In this document: piece by piece, positions 19,646 to 30,222 of the stretch
Numbering within the stretch: position 1 is the first letter of the stretch
Layout: every line of letters starts with the position of its first letter
Source: Nanobdellota archaeon
GTDB lineage: Archaea > Nanobdellota > Nanobdellia > SCGC-AAA011-G17 > JACPNG01
NCBI GenBank assembly: GCA_038046345.1
Contig: JBBSWJ010000020.1
Coordinates: forward strand, 14,425-55,676
DNA: 41,252 bases
Direction: 5' to 3'
Translations under genes and position numbers: made by a program
Notes under the pieces: generated by a model
The model's database searches: none
What the model was told of the DNA's origin: nothing
Seen by the model: only the letters and a program-made list of their open reading frames with translations

Positions 19646-22600
19646 GACAAAAAATAATGGCATTATTTGTAATAATACTCTTTGTAGCTAGTACTCCTGC
19701 ATATGCGCTTGATATAATAAATCAACAAGATCTTTTTAGCGAAGAAGAGCTTGGTGAAGATATTATTATTAATGTTGATGACTATCAGCCAAAAATAATA
19801 AGAAGCAGCTTACTAGAAGAAAAAGATGTAAATGTTTATGCAACACTTAAAGGGATACCTTCAAATCCAACAATATCAATTTCAAAGATTGATGACATTG
19901 ACCTTAAAGCAACAAAGATAAGCACACCTGATGGAAAAGAAGTAAAACTAGGAAACATAAGATATGTAAAGCCTGGAAGAGCAAACTTTGGGTTAAAAGA
20001 TGCTGCTTATGAATTATTTAATGGACGATATACCGGAGAGGGCATTGGAGGTTTAGAATATGCTCAGCAACTAAATTATGATAATCTTGGTTATGTTGTT
20101 GTACCAATTAAAAGAATACCAAAAGAAGCTGATGTGCCTTCTCAGATAGATATCACAATGGAGGGAAGAATAAGATTTGATGTTAGCTCGGATCTTGGAG
20201 CAGGACCAACAACTGATGTTCTACGCCCAATGACTAATTCAGAATGGAATAAAGTAAGAGAATCACATAAATTTTATGGCGGATACTTGCAAGTTACCAG
20301 TATTGAGCCAAGCACTATCTCAAGACTATTTAATGGAGCTCCAATCGCTCAATCTCAGCAGGTTCTAGAAAAAGATGCGTTAATACCCCTAGAAAACTAT
20401 AAAGCTAAAATTGTTTTATACAATAATCAGTTAAACCCAATAATTCCAGGGATAGGATTTGAAGATGATAATACAGGCACTGGAAATTCAGATTTACAAA
20501 TTACAGCCGGGACTTTAGTTTTAAAACCAGGAGAAACATCAAGAAGAACATTTAGAACAGATTCAGCAATAGAAAGCGCACAATTAGGTTCTCCAAAAAC
20601 ATTGTTTAATAGATTTAGAGTAAGACTTGAAGAGATAAGATCTCAAAGACCAAGCATAAGAGCATTTGTACAAAGCAGTGATCAGCTACTTCCAGTTTTA
20701 GTTACTATAAGCGAAGGAGATAGAGTGCATAGTAATAGTGATTGGGTATTTGATGGAGTAGAGCATGGTGTGGGTAATAATGTTGGTTCTTATAAGGTGG
20801 TATTTAAGAAGTTTAGAATTGGAGATAACATTGAAACAAAAATTGTTGAATTGGATGATCAAGTTGTTGGAAACGAATTAAAATTAAGTTTAGGCTTAGA
20901 TATATCCTTAACAAGAGGGACTGAGCAACATACAGGTTTGTTGAGAAGAGCGATAGAAGAATATGAAACATTTTTAGTTGGACTAGAAAGTGTTAACATG
21001 GACTCGCTTGACCCAAATGATAAAGAAACACTTGAATCTGAGCAAGAAGAAGCAATGTATCAGCTTGGTAGCTTATCTATTTTATTGGGGGAAACTGATA
21101 AAGGATTGAATGAACTTAAAGATTATTTAAAGATGTTTCCAGCTGGTACGCATGTTAGTCAGATTGATAGGTTTATTTCTGGATATGAAAATGTTAACAC
21201 TCAAAATGCAGCAAGAACAATCTCTTTTGATGAAGGGAGTAATGAAATGTCTACAACTATAACTGTTTTGAGTGATCCTATTGAGTTTGAAGGCGGACGG
21301 AGATCAATCGCGAAAATCAGGGTGGGCGATAATATCGGGGTGTATAATCAAGGGGATACATTATGTGTTGATAAGGAGTGTACTAACCAAGAATGGAAAG
21401 TAAGTGAGATCGGACAGAATCAAGTAGTATTAAAGAAGGGTGATACGCGATCACTCTTACTTACAGGAAGCTCCACAGAGTTAGGCGAGAGTATTACTGC
21501 TGAACTTGTAAGCGCAAATCCAGAGTTAGAAGCAGTAATAACTATCCTTCCAGTACCAGAAAGAGCATATAGCAGCATAAATTTTGATATGCATATACCA
21601 ATAGAATCAAGAGCGCTGGAATTACCCCTTTTTACAGGATCACTTGATAAAGAAATAAACAAAACGCAGGAATTAATAAAAAAACTTGATGGCGTTATAA
21701 AAAACGTAGAAAAAGTACATAATGTCTGGAGCAAATTATGTTTAACAACATTTTTAGTGCTTTGGTCTAAAAATCTATTTAGTCTAGATAAAGGCGCCGC
21801 TAGAAAAAGAATAAATCCAATATGGAAAGAAAGATGGAGCAAGGATGAATCAGCACAAAATAGTGGCGTAACATTTGATAACTATTTATTACAAGATGAG
21901 AATAAAGAAGCATACGAAAACGATTTAACCAATGCGGAAAGAATCATTGGAGAAATTGATAATAAAAAGTATCTAGAAAGTAGTTTGAGTTTAACAGATG
22001 CAGAAAAGAAAAAATATGATTCACTGTTGCAAGAAAGATATTTTGCATTAGAACTTAGTAAGACTACACCAGAGTACGTAGCCAAGTTCATAGAAAAAGA
22101 GCTTGAAGTACAAAACATAAAAGTTTTATCAAAAATAAAAAACCTTGAAACACAGCCATACTCAGAAATTGCAAATGATATAGAAAGGATATGGTGGAAA
22201 ATGGATCCTGTGGAGTGGGCAAGAAATAAAGAAGGATTCATAAGAACTTATTATTTAACAGAAACAGCAAAAACCATGAAAACTTTTTTGAATGAAGGAG
22301 AAAATAAAATTTTAGGTTATTATCCTTCAGATAATGAGGGGATTAAAGATGAAGTAACAAACGCCTTGGGAGGATTATTAACAGCAAGTCCTACAGAACA
22401 AGTTAGCCAGGACACAATCCCAATTACATCAATAATAAAGAAAGATGCTCTTTTTTACTTTAGTGCTAACAACGGGGAGATGTACCCCTTGGTAGATTCT
22501 AATGCTGCGGATGACCCCATACGCTCTACACTATCACAAGATCAATTGGATGGAAATATGGATGTGTACTATGTGATCGGTCAAGAGCGGAAAACAGCAA

Positions 22601-25056
22601 GAATCAGTAATGACATAAAAGAAGAAACACATTTGCCAAAAGTTACAACATATCCTAAAGGCCATAGACAAGCAGGACACATAAAACAAGTAAGTGTTGA
22701 TGCATACCACTATATTGAATTTGAATATTCATCAAGCGGAAAAATAAACAAGAAAACAGTGTATCGGAGAGGCATACCTAATGAAGATTTAGGCGGTGGC
22801 ACGCTTGTAGGAGAACTGGATAATTCATTGTTGTTCTCATTCAGACAAAGTAAAGACGGGAAACTTGAAAAATTAGCAAACGATTTAAGCAAAGCAGAGA
22901 GTTGTTTAAACAAGCTAAATAGAAAATTAGAATCAAGCTTTATCCCTGCAAGTATATTCTCAAGTCCATTCGTAGGAAACAGTGTAAGCTGCAGTGGCTT
23001 AGGAGAGTACACAGTAACAAAAGAAAAAGTGATAAAATCTGAAGCGGAATGCAGTGATTTTATGGATCCACAAGAATGCAGAATACTCTTTAATGCATGT
23101 GATCCAGTAATATGCCCTTCAAGCAGATGTAATCTAGGTGGGAAATGGCAAGTAGAAAGAGTAACAGAAACAGGACTAGTGGGATCGATAGCATTATGCG
23201 CACCAAACTTTCCAGAAGTGGTAGTACCAGTATGCATAACTGGAATAAATGCAGGATTACAAAACATAAAATCAATACTTGAAGGTTATAATCAATGTTT
23301 AGTTGCACATAAAAATGAAGGAACATCAGTAGGAATTTGTGATAGCATAAGAAATGTGTACATATGTGAGATATTATGGAAAGAAGGATTAGCAATATTT
23401 AATGTAAAAGGAGGATTCTTAGGATTAATATCAGAAAAATTATTTAAGATAGCTGGCGGGGGAGAGTATTCCAGTTTTGAAGATCACTTTGATCAAAGTG
23501 TAGCAGGATTACAATATTTCACACAAGACTATGCAAAAAATGTATTTGCAAGTTATGATGGAGGAAGCCTTGACGAGATAGGAACACAAATATGCAAATC
23601 AGCAATATACGGAAAAGCACCAGGCGTAGGAAACTTCTTTAATGAAATACAAAAACCTGAAAGCCCACCACAATTCTTTGCTTTCTTTGATGAAGTACCA
23701 TACACAGACTTGTTGAATGTGCCTCAAAGCCAGTATGAAGTATTTTACCACATATATGCAGGCCAAAATGAAGATGTAAGGTATAGCGTCTATTTACAAG
23801 AAATTGACGGGGCTGGACGTTTAATTGGCAATTATAAATTTTTAAAAAATAACCAGCCATTAACACTTGGACAGAGCGTTGACGAAAATGAGGACTTTGT
23901 AGCAAGAGCAGGATATAATCAATTGTGTGTAAGCATACTAACAAGAAGATATGGCAGAATAGTAGAATGCGGATTTGGAGAAGTGAGCACTAACTTTGCA
24001 ATAGATTACTTAACCGAACAATATGCTTTAAGCGAAATCAATAAAAAAGTAGACACAGAAGAAGAATGCGTAACAGACAGAACAAGAATAACATCACTAA
24101 GTGCGCCCTCAACAATTTCTGATGTTAATCTATTACAAGCAGGAGTTGGAAGTTTTTCAACAGGACTAACCCAAACAGGAATAGTGAGAAAATGTGCAGG
24201 AGTAGATCCAAATATTGGGTTTAAAGATGGGATACAGAGATGGGTAGGAGTTGGAACTTGTGGTAATGATAAACAAGGAAGAGATCTAGGAATATGCTGG
24301 TTGTATAAACCTGCTGCAGAAAGAGCATTAGAGCAAGAATATAGCAAACAATTAGTTGATGAAGGTTTAGAAAAAGTTACTGAAGAATTAAAAGAAGAAG
24401 GATTAGGAGTAAGTGGATTAAGCAGGGATGAGGTTGATGAGATTAAGAGAGGATTTAGAAATATTGTTAGATTACCTGGTGGTAGTAGCTGTGATAATGC
24501 ATATCCAATTGCAATAGGTTATTATGAAGAAATAAGAGCCAATGCGATACTGGAATGGCAGAGAGTAGAAGCAAATTATCTAATAGCTGAGGCATTAGTC
24601 AAAGAGTATAAATGTTTGAGTAAACAAAAGATTGATGCAGCTACTGCTCCCCCGGGCAATGCGGGGCCATCACCGGCACCGACTGATGCAATTGAGCGTA
24701 GTAATGTTAAAGCTGATAAATGTATAAATCTCAGTTTGGCACCTTCATCTACTGAAAGCACTGTTGAACTTAAGGTTAAGGAAAATGATAAGATCATATT
24801 TACAAGTCAAAGTAGAGGCTACATTTATGTTGTAAAGGGGATTGATGCAAGAATAATAGAATTAGACTCAAAGGAGAGGGGTGCTTTTGATGTTATCATA
24901 CCTAAAGATAATACAGCAAGGATTGAGTTGAGTGATGATGCTGTTGATGATATATTATTAAGATATGAATCAGACGGAAAGATTTTTTTAGTCCTAGGTG
25001 ATAGCGGTCCATTTGCTGAGGGGTTTAAGATTGATGTGAAGCTCTGTCCTAACTAG
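19642..25056 (+). CDS. Giant exported Cys-rich protein (1804 aa as read; about 1951 aa if the 3' frameshift is repaired)
   Basis: Sec-type leader ending PAYA; TPR-like AMYQLG...YLKMFPAG; Cys cluster CSDFMDPQEC...CDPVICPSSRC; ATGA overlap with the upstream gene. Confidence 0.85.
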   Translation: MRQKIMALFVIILFVASTPAYALDIINQQDLFSEEELGEDIIINVDDYQPKIIRSSLLEEKDVNVYATLKGIPSNPTISISKIDDIDLKATKISTPDGKEVKLGNIRYVKPGRANFGLKDAAYELFNGRYTGEGIGGLEYAQQLNYDNLGYVVVPIKRIPKEADVPSQIDITMEGRIRFDVSSDLGAGPTTDVLRPMTNSEWNKVRESHKFYGGYLQVTSIEPSTISRLFNGAPIAQSQQVLEKDALIPLENYKAKIVLYNNQLNPIIPGIGFEDDNTGTGNSDLQITAGTLVLKPGETSRRTFRTDSAIESAQLGSPKTLFNRFRVRLEEIRSQRPSIRAFVQSSDQLLPVLVTISEGDRVHSNSDWVFDGVEHGVGNNVGSYKVVFKKFRIGDNIETKIVELDDQVVGNELKLSLGLDISLTRGTEQHTGLLRRAIEEYETFLVGLESVNMDSLDPNDKETLESEQEEAMYQLGSLSILLGETDKGLNELKDYLKMFPAGTHVSQIDRFISGYENVNTQNAARTISFDEGSNEMSTTITVLSDPIEFEGGRRSIAKIRVGDNIGVYNQGDTLCVDKECTNQEWKVSEIGQNQVVLKKGDTRSLLLTGSSTELGESITAELVSANPELEAVITILPVPERAYSSINFDMHIPIESRALELPLFTGSLDKEINKTQELIKKLDGVIKNVEKVHNVWSKLCLTTFLVLWSKNLFSLDKGAARKRINPIWKERWSKDESAQNSGVTFDNYLLQDENKEAYENDLTNAERIIGEIDNKKYLESSLSLTDAEKKKYDSLLQERYFALELSKTTPEYVAKFIEKELEVQNIKVLSKIKNLETQPYSEIANDIERIWWKMDPVEWARNKEGFIRTYYLTETAKTMKTFLNEGENKILGYYPSDNEGIKDEVTNALGGLLTASPTEQVSQDTIPITSIIKKDALFYFSANNGEMYPLVDSNAADDPIRSTLSQDQLDGNMDVYYVIGQERKTARISNDIKEETHLPKVTTYPKGHRQAGHIKQVSVDAYHYIEFEYSSSGKINKKTVYRRGIPNEDLGGGTLVGELDNSLLFSFRQSKDGKLEKLANDLSKAESCLNKLNRKLESSFIPASIFSSPFVGNSVSCSGLGEYTVTKEKVIKSEAECSDFMDPQECRILFNACDPVICPSSRCNLGGKWQVERVTETGLVGSIALCAPNFPEVVVPVCITGINAGLQNIKSILEGYNQCLVAHKNEGTSVGICDSIRNVYICEILWKEGLAIFNVKGGFLGLISEKLFKIAGGGEYSSFEDHFDQSVAGLQYFTQDYAKNVFASYDGGSLDEIGTQICKSAIYGKAPGVGNFFNEIQKPESPPQFFAFFDEVPYTDLLNVPQSQYEVFYHIYAGQNEDVRYSVYLQEIDGAGRLIGNYKFLKNNQPLTLGQSVDENEDFVARAGYNQLCVSILTRRYGRIVECGFGEVSTNFAIDYLTEQYALSEINKKVDTEEECVTDRTRITSLSAPSTISDVNLLQAGVGSFSTGLTQTGIVRKCAGVDPNIGFKDGIQRWVGVGTCGNDKQGRDLGICWLYKPAAERALEQEYSKQLVDEGLEKVTEELKEEGLGVSGLSRDEVDEIKRGFRNIVRLPGGSSCDNAYPIAIGYYEEIRANAILEWQRVEANYLIAEALVKEYKCLSKQKIDAATAPPGNAGPSPAPTDAIERSNVKADKCINLSLAPSSTESTVELKVKENDKIIFTSQSRGYIYVVKGIDARIIELDSKERGAFDVIIPKDNTARIELSDDAVDDILLRYESDGKIFLVLGDSGPFAEGFKIDVKLCPN

Positions 25057-25498
25057 CACCAGTACAGCAAGCTTATCTGAACAGAGCGCAGACCAAAATA
25101 ATAATAATCTTAGAGATGTAGAAGCTGATAGTTGTGTTCCTATTTTGGAACAACGCGATGAAGATGTTATTAAGGTAGATTTTAATAATTTGCCTGAATG
25201 TTTTAAAGTAACTGTAAATAACAATGAGATTGATCTGAATGTTCTAGGGATAACCGCAGAACGAGCTCGATTTGCAGTTACAAATGTAGGGAGCAGTCCT
25301 AGAATGGTAGCTGATGTTAGATTTGGGGATAATGCTAAAATGGCTGATTTAGAGGGCAATGGAGAGTATGATATTTTAATAAGCTATTATCAAGATGAGA
25401 AGCAGGAGTATGAACTTAATTTTAGTAAAATAAAGCCAAATCCGAGTTGGTCAGAACGATTTTCGGAGTGGATACTTGATGTTTTTTCTCCGCATTAA
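25040..25498 (+). pseudogene. Probable frameshifted 3' end of the giant gene (second copy of its C-terminal domain)
   Basis: Frame open from 25040 with no ATG or SD at its start; Ser/Thr linker then a domain resembling the giant protein's last domain (ADKC/ADSC, VKGIDA/VLGITA, DILLRY/DILISY). Confidence 0.7.
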
Positions 25499-25602
25499 GA
25501 ATGATCTAACATAAACAAGAAGCGGATAATTCATGGGGTTAGTGTTAAAACCAAGTAAGTATTTGGCAAAAACTAATAAACATCTAAAATATAAATTAAA
25601 TT

Positions 25603-26025
25603 ATGAAAAAAAGAGGACAGACAGAAATCTACTCTGTAGTCATAATGCTAATAATTGCTTTTATGTTTGCCGGAGTAATATGGTCATTTGTGCAAGCAAA
25701 TCCGAATAGAAGCGTACTTGAAAAAAAATTCTTGTCAAGAGACATAGCACTCGCATATGACGCAATGTTGTTGACGGATAACCCCGTAACACTTAGATAC
25801 CCAATAATAAAAAAATATGAGATTAAACTTGATAAAAAAGATGGATTAACAAAAATAAAGATAAAAGACCTGCAAGAGATGTTTGCTAATGAGTACGGAA
25901 TAATAACCACTAAAGATACAGAAGTCCAAACAACATCATTAGGAGAAGAACACGGCGCAGAACTAATAGAACTCGAAGTGGACAAAACAGGATTAAAGAT
26001 GATGGAAGCAATGAAAGATGAGTAA
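25603..26025 (+). CDS. Pilin-like protein, class III signal
   Basis: MKKRG/QTEIYSVVIMLIIAFMFAGVIW; 140 aa. Confidence 0.75.
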   Translation: MKKRGQTEIYSVVIMLIIAFMFAGVIWSFVQANPNRSVLEKKFLSRDIALAYDAMLLTDNPVTLRYPIIKKYEIKLDKKDGLTKIKIKDLQEMFANEYGIITTKDTEVQTTSLGEEHGAELIELEVDKTGLKMMEAMKDE

Positions 26026-26482
26026 AGATTTAGGTGAACAACTACCTTACTGGGTGGTAAGAATAGCGGTATCAATCCTTGTGTTAGGATTACTTATTTT
26101 CTATTTAGGGTTACACATCACAAGAGATGTTGATGTAAGGCAGGTAGAGAGTGAATTACTAATGAACAGAGTGTTTTATTCATCAAAATGTTTTGCAGCA
26201 GAGGATGTAAGAACGTATCCAGGTGAGGTAGATGTAAATAAAATGACTTCTGAACAGTTAAACAAATGTTTAGATGGTCCGGTATATATTAAAGCAAAAC
26301 TAATAGGGCATGATATCGCTGTTTTTAATGATGAAGAGATGTATGAACAACTAAAAGGGTTTTGTAAGTTTAAAAAATACAACTGCCAAGAAAAATTAGT
26401 GCCAGTAAGGGTGAGAAATGGGGTATTAGAAGAGGATGTATTACTATTACACCTAATATTAGAGGATCAAAGTGATAAATAA
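26018..26482 (+). CDS. Pilin-like protein with N-terminal membrane helix
   Basis: MSKDLG/EQLPYWVVRIAVSILVLGLLIFYLG; Cys pairs; overlaps both neighbours. Confidence 0.7.
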   Translation: MSKDLGEQLPYWVVRIAVSILVLGLLIFYLGLHITRDVDVRQVESELLMNRVFYSSKCFAAEDVRTYPGEVDVNKMTSEQLNKCLDGPVYIKAKLIGHDIAVFNDEEMYEQLKGFCKFKKYNCQEKLVPVRVRNGVLEEDVLLLHLILEDQSDK

Positions 26483-26978
26483 AAGAGGAGAGTTTGGGTT
26501 AGTATCAATCGCAGTGTTGATTGCATTGGTTATATTAATACTATTTTTTTTAACTATAGGCGCACCTAATCCATTGCAGATAGAAAAAGAAACCATAAAA
26601 TCAATTTATGATACAGATGTAAATATAATCGGACTTAATTATGTTAGGCATGATATAGACAATATAATTGCATATTCTTTATCTCCTTCAGAAGAAAAAC
26701 TTGAAGAATTAAAAAATACAGCTCAAACTTTTTTTTCACAATTTAGCAATACTGGATGGAGTATTGTATTCTTAGAAAATAAAAAAAGAATTGGCGCTAT
26801 TGAGTATACTCCTATATTTGAGCGAGGCGGGGTAGGATTAATACAGGGGGATGGAACAAGTTGTGTAAATATACCTTTGCCTGATGGAAGCGAGATAGCT
26901 TTATGGATCGGGATATTAAATGTAGGAGCATCACAAGAAATGCAACAAGAATATTACAGAGAGGTTGCAGAATGTTAA
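26472..26978 (+). CDS. Pilin-like protein, class III signal
   Basis: GTG start; INKRG/EFGLVSIAVLIALVILILFFL. Confidence 0.72.
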   Translation: MINKRGEFGLVSIAVLIALVILILFFLTIGAPNPLQIEKETIKSIYDTDVNIIGLNYVRHDIDNIIAYSLSPSEEKLEELKNTAQTFFSQFSNTGWSIVFLENKKRIGAIEYTPIFERGGVGLIQGDGTSCVNIPLPDGSEIALWIGILNVGASQEMQQEYYREVAEC

Positions 26979-27763
26979 ACAAGAGAGGAATGGTAGAAAT
27001 ATTCTTACCAGTATTATGGCTGATAACTTTATTATCCTTCACATATATCTTTGTAACCTTTAGTAATTATGAATCAGTAACCCCTCAATTTCTAGGAGAC
27101 GTTCAAAAAGAAATACTTAACGGGATCGGAGATACAGAAAAAGATTATTTTTATAATGAACAGCTAGTAAGACAAGCAGCAGTTGAAACATTTTATGAAC
27201 TAGGAAATAATGCTGGCTTTGGTACAGAATGCAAAAGAAAAGAGCATCGTTATTATAGTAAAGATTGCAAACCTGAGAACGTAGAAGAAGCATTCTTGTT
27301 ATTGCTTAAACCGCAGTTAGCTAAGAAGGGAATTAAAGTTCAAGATTATGAAATCAAATTAGAGAAAGATAATGGATATAGATTGATTTTATTAACTGAC
27401 AAAACCAAAAAAGTTTTTTTTAAAAGTGAGAAACAAAAAAATCGAAACGCTTTCTTGGATGATTTAAGAGGCATGGAAGAAAAAGTAATACGAGAGGGTC
27501 CTGCAGCAGGATTCATTACATATGAGCTGGATATTAGCGTGCCATTAGAAGAGAACTTTAAAGATTATGAAGAAGTGTATAACAATGTTCAATGCATGGT
27601 AAGTAAAAATTGTTTTGATGAAAGATTTAAGTGGAGTATTGGAGAAAAAGATTCTTCAGGATTTAGGTTTATAACTGTTGAAACACAACTAAAAGATCCA
27701 TGGAGGGAAAGGGAGCCTGTGACAATAAAGTTTTATGTTGATCCAAAATTGGCAGGGCAATAA
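26972..27763 (+). CDS. Pilin-like protein, class III signal
   Basis: Best start ATG 26972: MLNKRG/MVEIFLPVLWLITLLSF (track start 26903 lies deep in the upstream gene). Confidence 0.72.
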   Translation: MLNKRGMVEIFLPVLWLITLLSFTYIFVTFSNYESVTPQFLGDVQKEILNGIGDTEKDYFYNEQLVRQAAVETFYELGNNAGFGTECKRKEHRYYSKDCKPENVEEAFLLLLKPQLAKKGIKVQDYEIKLEKDNGYRLILLTDKTKKVFFKSEKQKNRNAFLDDLRGMEEKVIREGPAAGFITYELDISVPLEENFKDYEEVYNNVQCMVSKNCFDERFKWSIGEKDSSGFRFITVETQLKDPWREREPVTIKFYVDPKLAGQ

Positions 27764-27795
27764 TTAAAAAGGAAAGTAAACTCTAAGTTAGAAGC

Positions 27796-29166
27796 ATGGT
27801 AAAAAAGAGGATTGGAAAAAAAGGGGAGAAGAAGATAGCTAATGGGGTTAAAGAGGTTAATTGGAATACTGTTCAAAAAAAAGGTGACGAGCCAACTGTG
27901 CAAGTCCCAACAATTAAACAGAAAATTGAAATAAAGCTTGGTAAAGAGAAGTCAAGCATTGGAAAATGGGTTATATTTTTAGCGTTAGTAACTATTCTTG
28001 TAGCATTTTTTGCGTTTACAACTCCAGGGCAAGCATTCTGGGATATCATTACTGTACAAGGGCAGGATGTGATATCTGGAGCTAAACAAATCTTGCAGGA
28101 GTTTAAAAAGTTGTTTGATCCAATAAGTTTAAGACAGGAGTTTAGAAACCCAGATGCAAAAGTTATAGATCCAACAAAAAGTGCGGGGATATTTATAAAA
28201 GAATTTTACACCAAAAAAACAGACTACTATACGGGAGAAGATGTAATCTTAATTGGAAGAATAGAACTGAAAAATATAAAAGAAGAAATAAACTTACAAA
28301 TAAGCTGCGAAATGGATCATCCATTAAATAATCCGCAACAAGCGTTGTCAACAACCAGTTTGGTAGAGGATGGGGGTAAAAAAAGGTTAGTCGCTCCGAT
28401 AGTTCTACCACCAATAAAAGGAAGTTTAAGGATTCCAACTCTTGGTGATGATGAGTATAACGAACTTGTAAATTTAGTGGTATCTACAAAAGAGGGAGCG
28501 TCTTCTTTTCAGGTCTTCTGTAAGATTCCAAGTAACTCACTAAGCATGTTACCTCTAGATGAGCCAGATGATTATGTGACAACCAAAGCAAAACTAAAAG
28601 TAAGCTTTGATGCAACAACACGCAGCGTTATTAAAGTGTTTAGCAGGGAAGAACCATTAACTAGCGATGAGTATGATCTATTTATTGAAAATAGAATTAG
28701 AGAAGGAATTAATGTTAAAAAAGAGTTTCAACGAATTGGATCTGAGTCTTTTGGTGGCCCATTAGTTGCTGAAATAATAATTGAATCACCTCAACCTTTA
28801 ACTACTGAAAATGTGCCCCAGTTACCATCAAATATTCCAGTAGTGTTTAGATTAGTAGACAAAGTTTACACGGATAATGGGCATTTGGTGAGGCTGGATG
28901 ATGTAGATGTTGAAAGATTGCCAAGCAGATTTAGGGTTGATCCCAAATTTTGTGAGCTGAATGATGATGAGCTACTTAGAATAAATACTTGTTTAAGCAG
29001 TTTAAAATGTGAGGATGATGCTTCTTTATATTGTGAGTTTGAGTTTAATGAGTTTAATAATGAGTTAAGCGCAGAATTACTTTCAGCTAAGTTTGAATAT
29101 GTTTATTCCTCAGAAAAAGATGCGTTTGTTGCTTTGTTAAAAAGAGATATAGCTATTAAACCATAA
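27796..29166 (+). CDS. Single-pass membrane protein with large extracellular domain
   Basis: 456 aa; basic N-tail, TM WVIFLALVTILVAFFAF, beta-rich Cys-containing remainder. Confidence 0.75.
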   Translation: MVKKRIGKKGEKKIANGVKEVNWNTVQKKGDEPTVQVPTIKQKIEIKLGKEKSSIGKWVIFLALVTILVAFFAFTTPGQAFWDIITVQGQDVISGAKQILQEFKKLFDPISLRQEFRNPDAKVIDPTKSAGIFIKEFYTKKTDYYTGEDVILIGRIELKNIKEEINLQISCEMDHPLNNPQQALSTTSLVEDGGKKRLVAPIVLPPIKGSLRIPTLGDDEYNELVNLVVSTKEGASSFQVFCKIPSNSLSMLPLDEPDDYVTTKAKLKVSFDATTRSVIKVFSREEPLTSDEYDLFIENRIREGINVKKEFQRIGSESFGGPLVAEIIIESPQPLTTENVPQLPSNIPVVFRLVDKVYTDNGHLVRLDDVDVERLPSRFRVDPKFCELNDDELLRINTCLSSLKCEDDASLYCEFEFNEFNNELSAELLSAKFEYVYSSEKDAFVALLKRDIAIKP

Positions 29167-29235
29167 AATGGTTGCTATATTCTTAAAGAGGAATAGCATA
29201 GAAATGTATATAAAATAATTCTTGTTACTAACCTA

Positions 29236-30222
29236 ATGAAAAAAGTGGTTTTAATGGTTATTCTTATAATTTTATTTGTTTTGTTTACTGCACAGAAATG
29301 TGACATAACCAAATTACCATGGGGACAATCAACTCCGAATTCAGGATTACCAAATCCAACAGCAAGCCGTGGAATACAAATAGAACCATTTGGAAAAATA
29401 TTTGTGTTTAATGAGCTAAAAGAAGGTAGAAGATATAACTTTGGGGTTATATTAAGAAATTATGACAAGGAGGATATACAAGGAACAGTAACAATAACTG
29501 ATGAGCTATCTGCTAGTCAGGTTGGAGGAATAGACGATGAGTTATCAACTAGCTTTTATCTTGAAGGTTTAGGCGAACATTTTAGCGAGAATATAAAACT
29601 GGAAGATATAAATCAAGAAGAATATTTTGGCAATGAAAATGAATTTTATTACAGGCTAGGTGATGGTCTAGAGGGGGGGGTAACAGCTAATTTTTATGCA
29701 ACAGTGAAGTATAATCATGTTCTTAATGCATTCTCCCAAGTGTGTTTACCATTAAAAAGTATAAAGGAGAGTAGCTGTGCGCAAGTGCAGAGATTAGATT
29801 TTAAACCAATAATCAATACTAAAACAAGAGAGCAGTTGGATGTTGGAAATAGTTATAGGGCGCCAATAAGTGTCCAAAATGCAGTTTTAACGTTTACAGC
29901 CGTGCAGGGCGGGGCAGTAGAAGCGATATTATCATTAAAACTGGACAATGTAGGCGGCGGCAGTGCAGACATAACTCATTTTGCTGTAGATCTTGCAGGC
30001 AAAGAGATGAAGTGTAATCCAAGATTACCAAGCTTTACTGAAGAACAGACATATTTAAAAACAAAACTGATAGATGTAGAATGTGAGTGGGATGTTACGT
30101 CTCCGGAGGCTACCAGAGAAGGATTAACGTATGTTACTATTCCTTTCAGTCTCGAAGCAGGTTATGAGTATGAGCTAAGATCTAATGTTAGGTCTTTAAG
30201 GATAATGCCAGAGGAAGAATAA
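29236..30222 (+). CDS. Exported or membrane-anchored beta-rich protein
   Basis: 328 aa; MKKVVLMVILIILFVLFTAQKC leader (possible lipobox-like Cys); Ig-like alternating pattern. Confidence 0.75.
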   Translation: MKKVVLMVILIILFVLFTAQKCDITKLPWGQSTPNSGLPNPTASRGIQIEPFGKIFVFNELKEGRRYNFGVILRNYDKEDIQGTVTITDELSASQVGGIDDELSTSFYLEGLGEHFSENIKLEDINQEEYFGNENEFYYRLGDGLEGGVTANFYATVKYNHVLNAFSQVCLPLKSIKESSCAQVQRLDFKPIINTKTREQLDVGNSYRAPISVQNAVLTFTAVQGGAVEAILSLKLDNVGGGSADITHFAVDLAGKEMKCNPRLPSFTEEQTYLKTKLIDVECEWDVTSPEATREGLTYVTIPFSLEAGYEYELRSNVRSLRIMPEEE

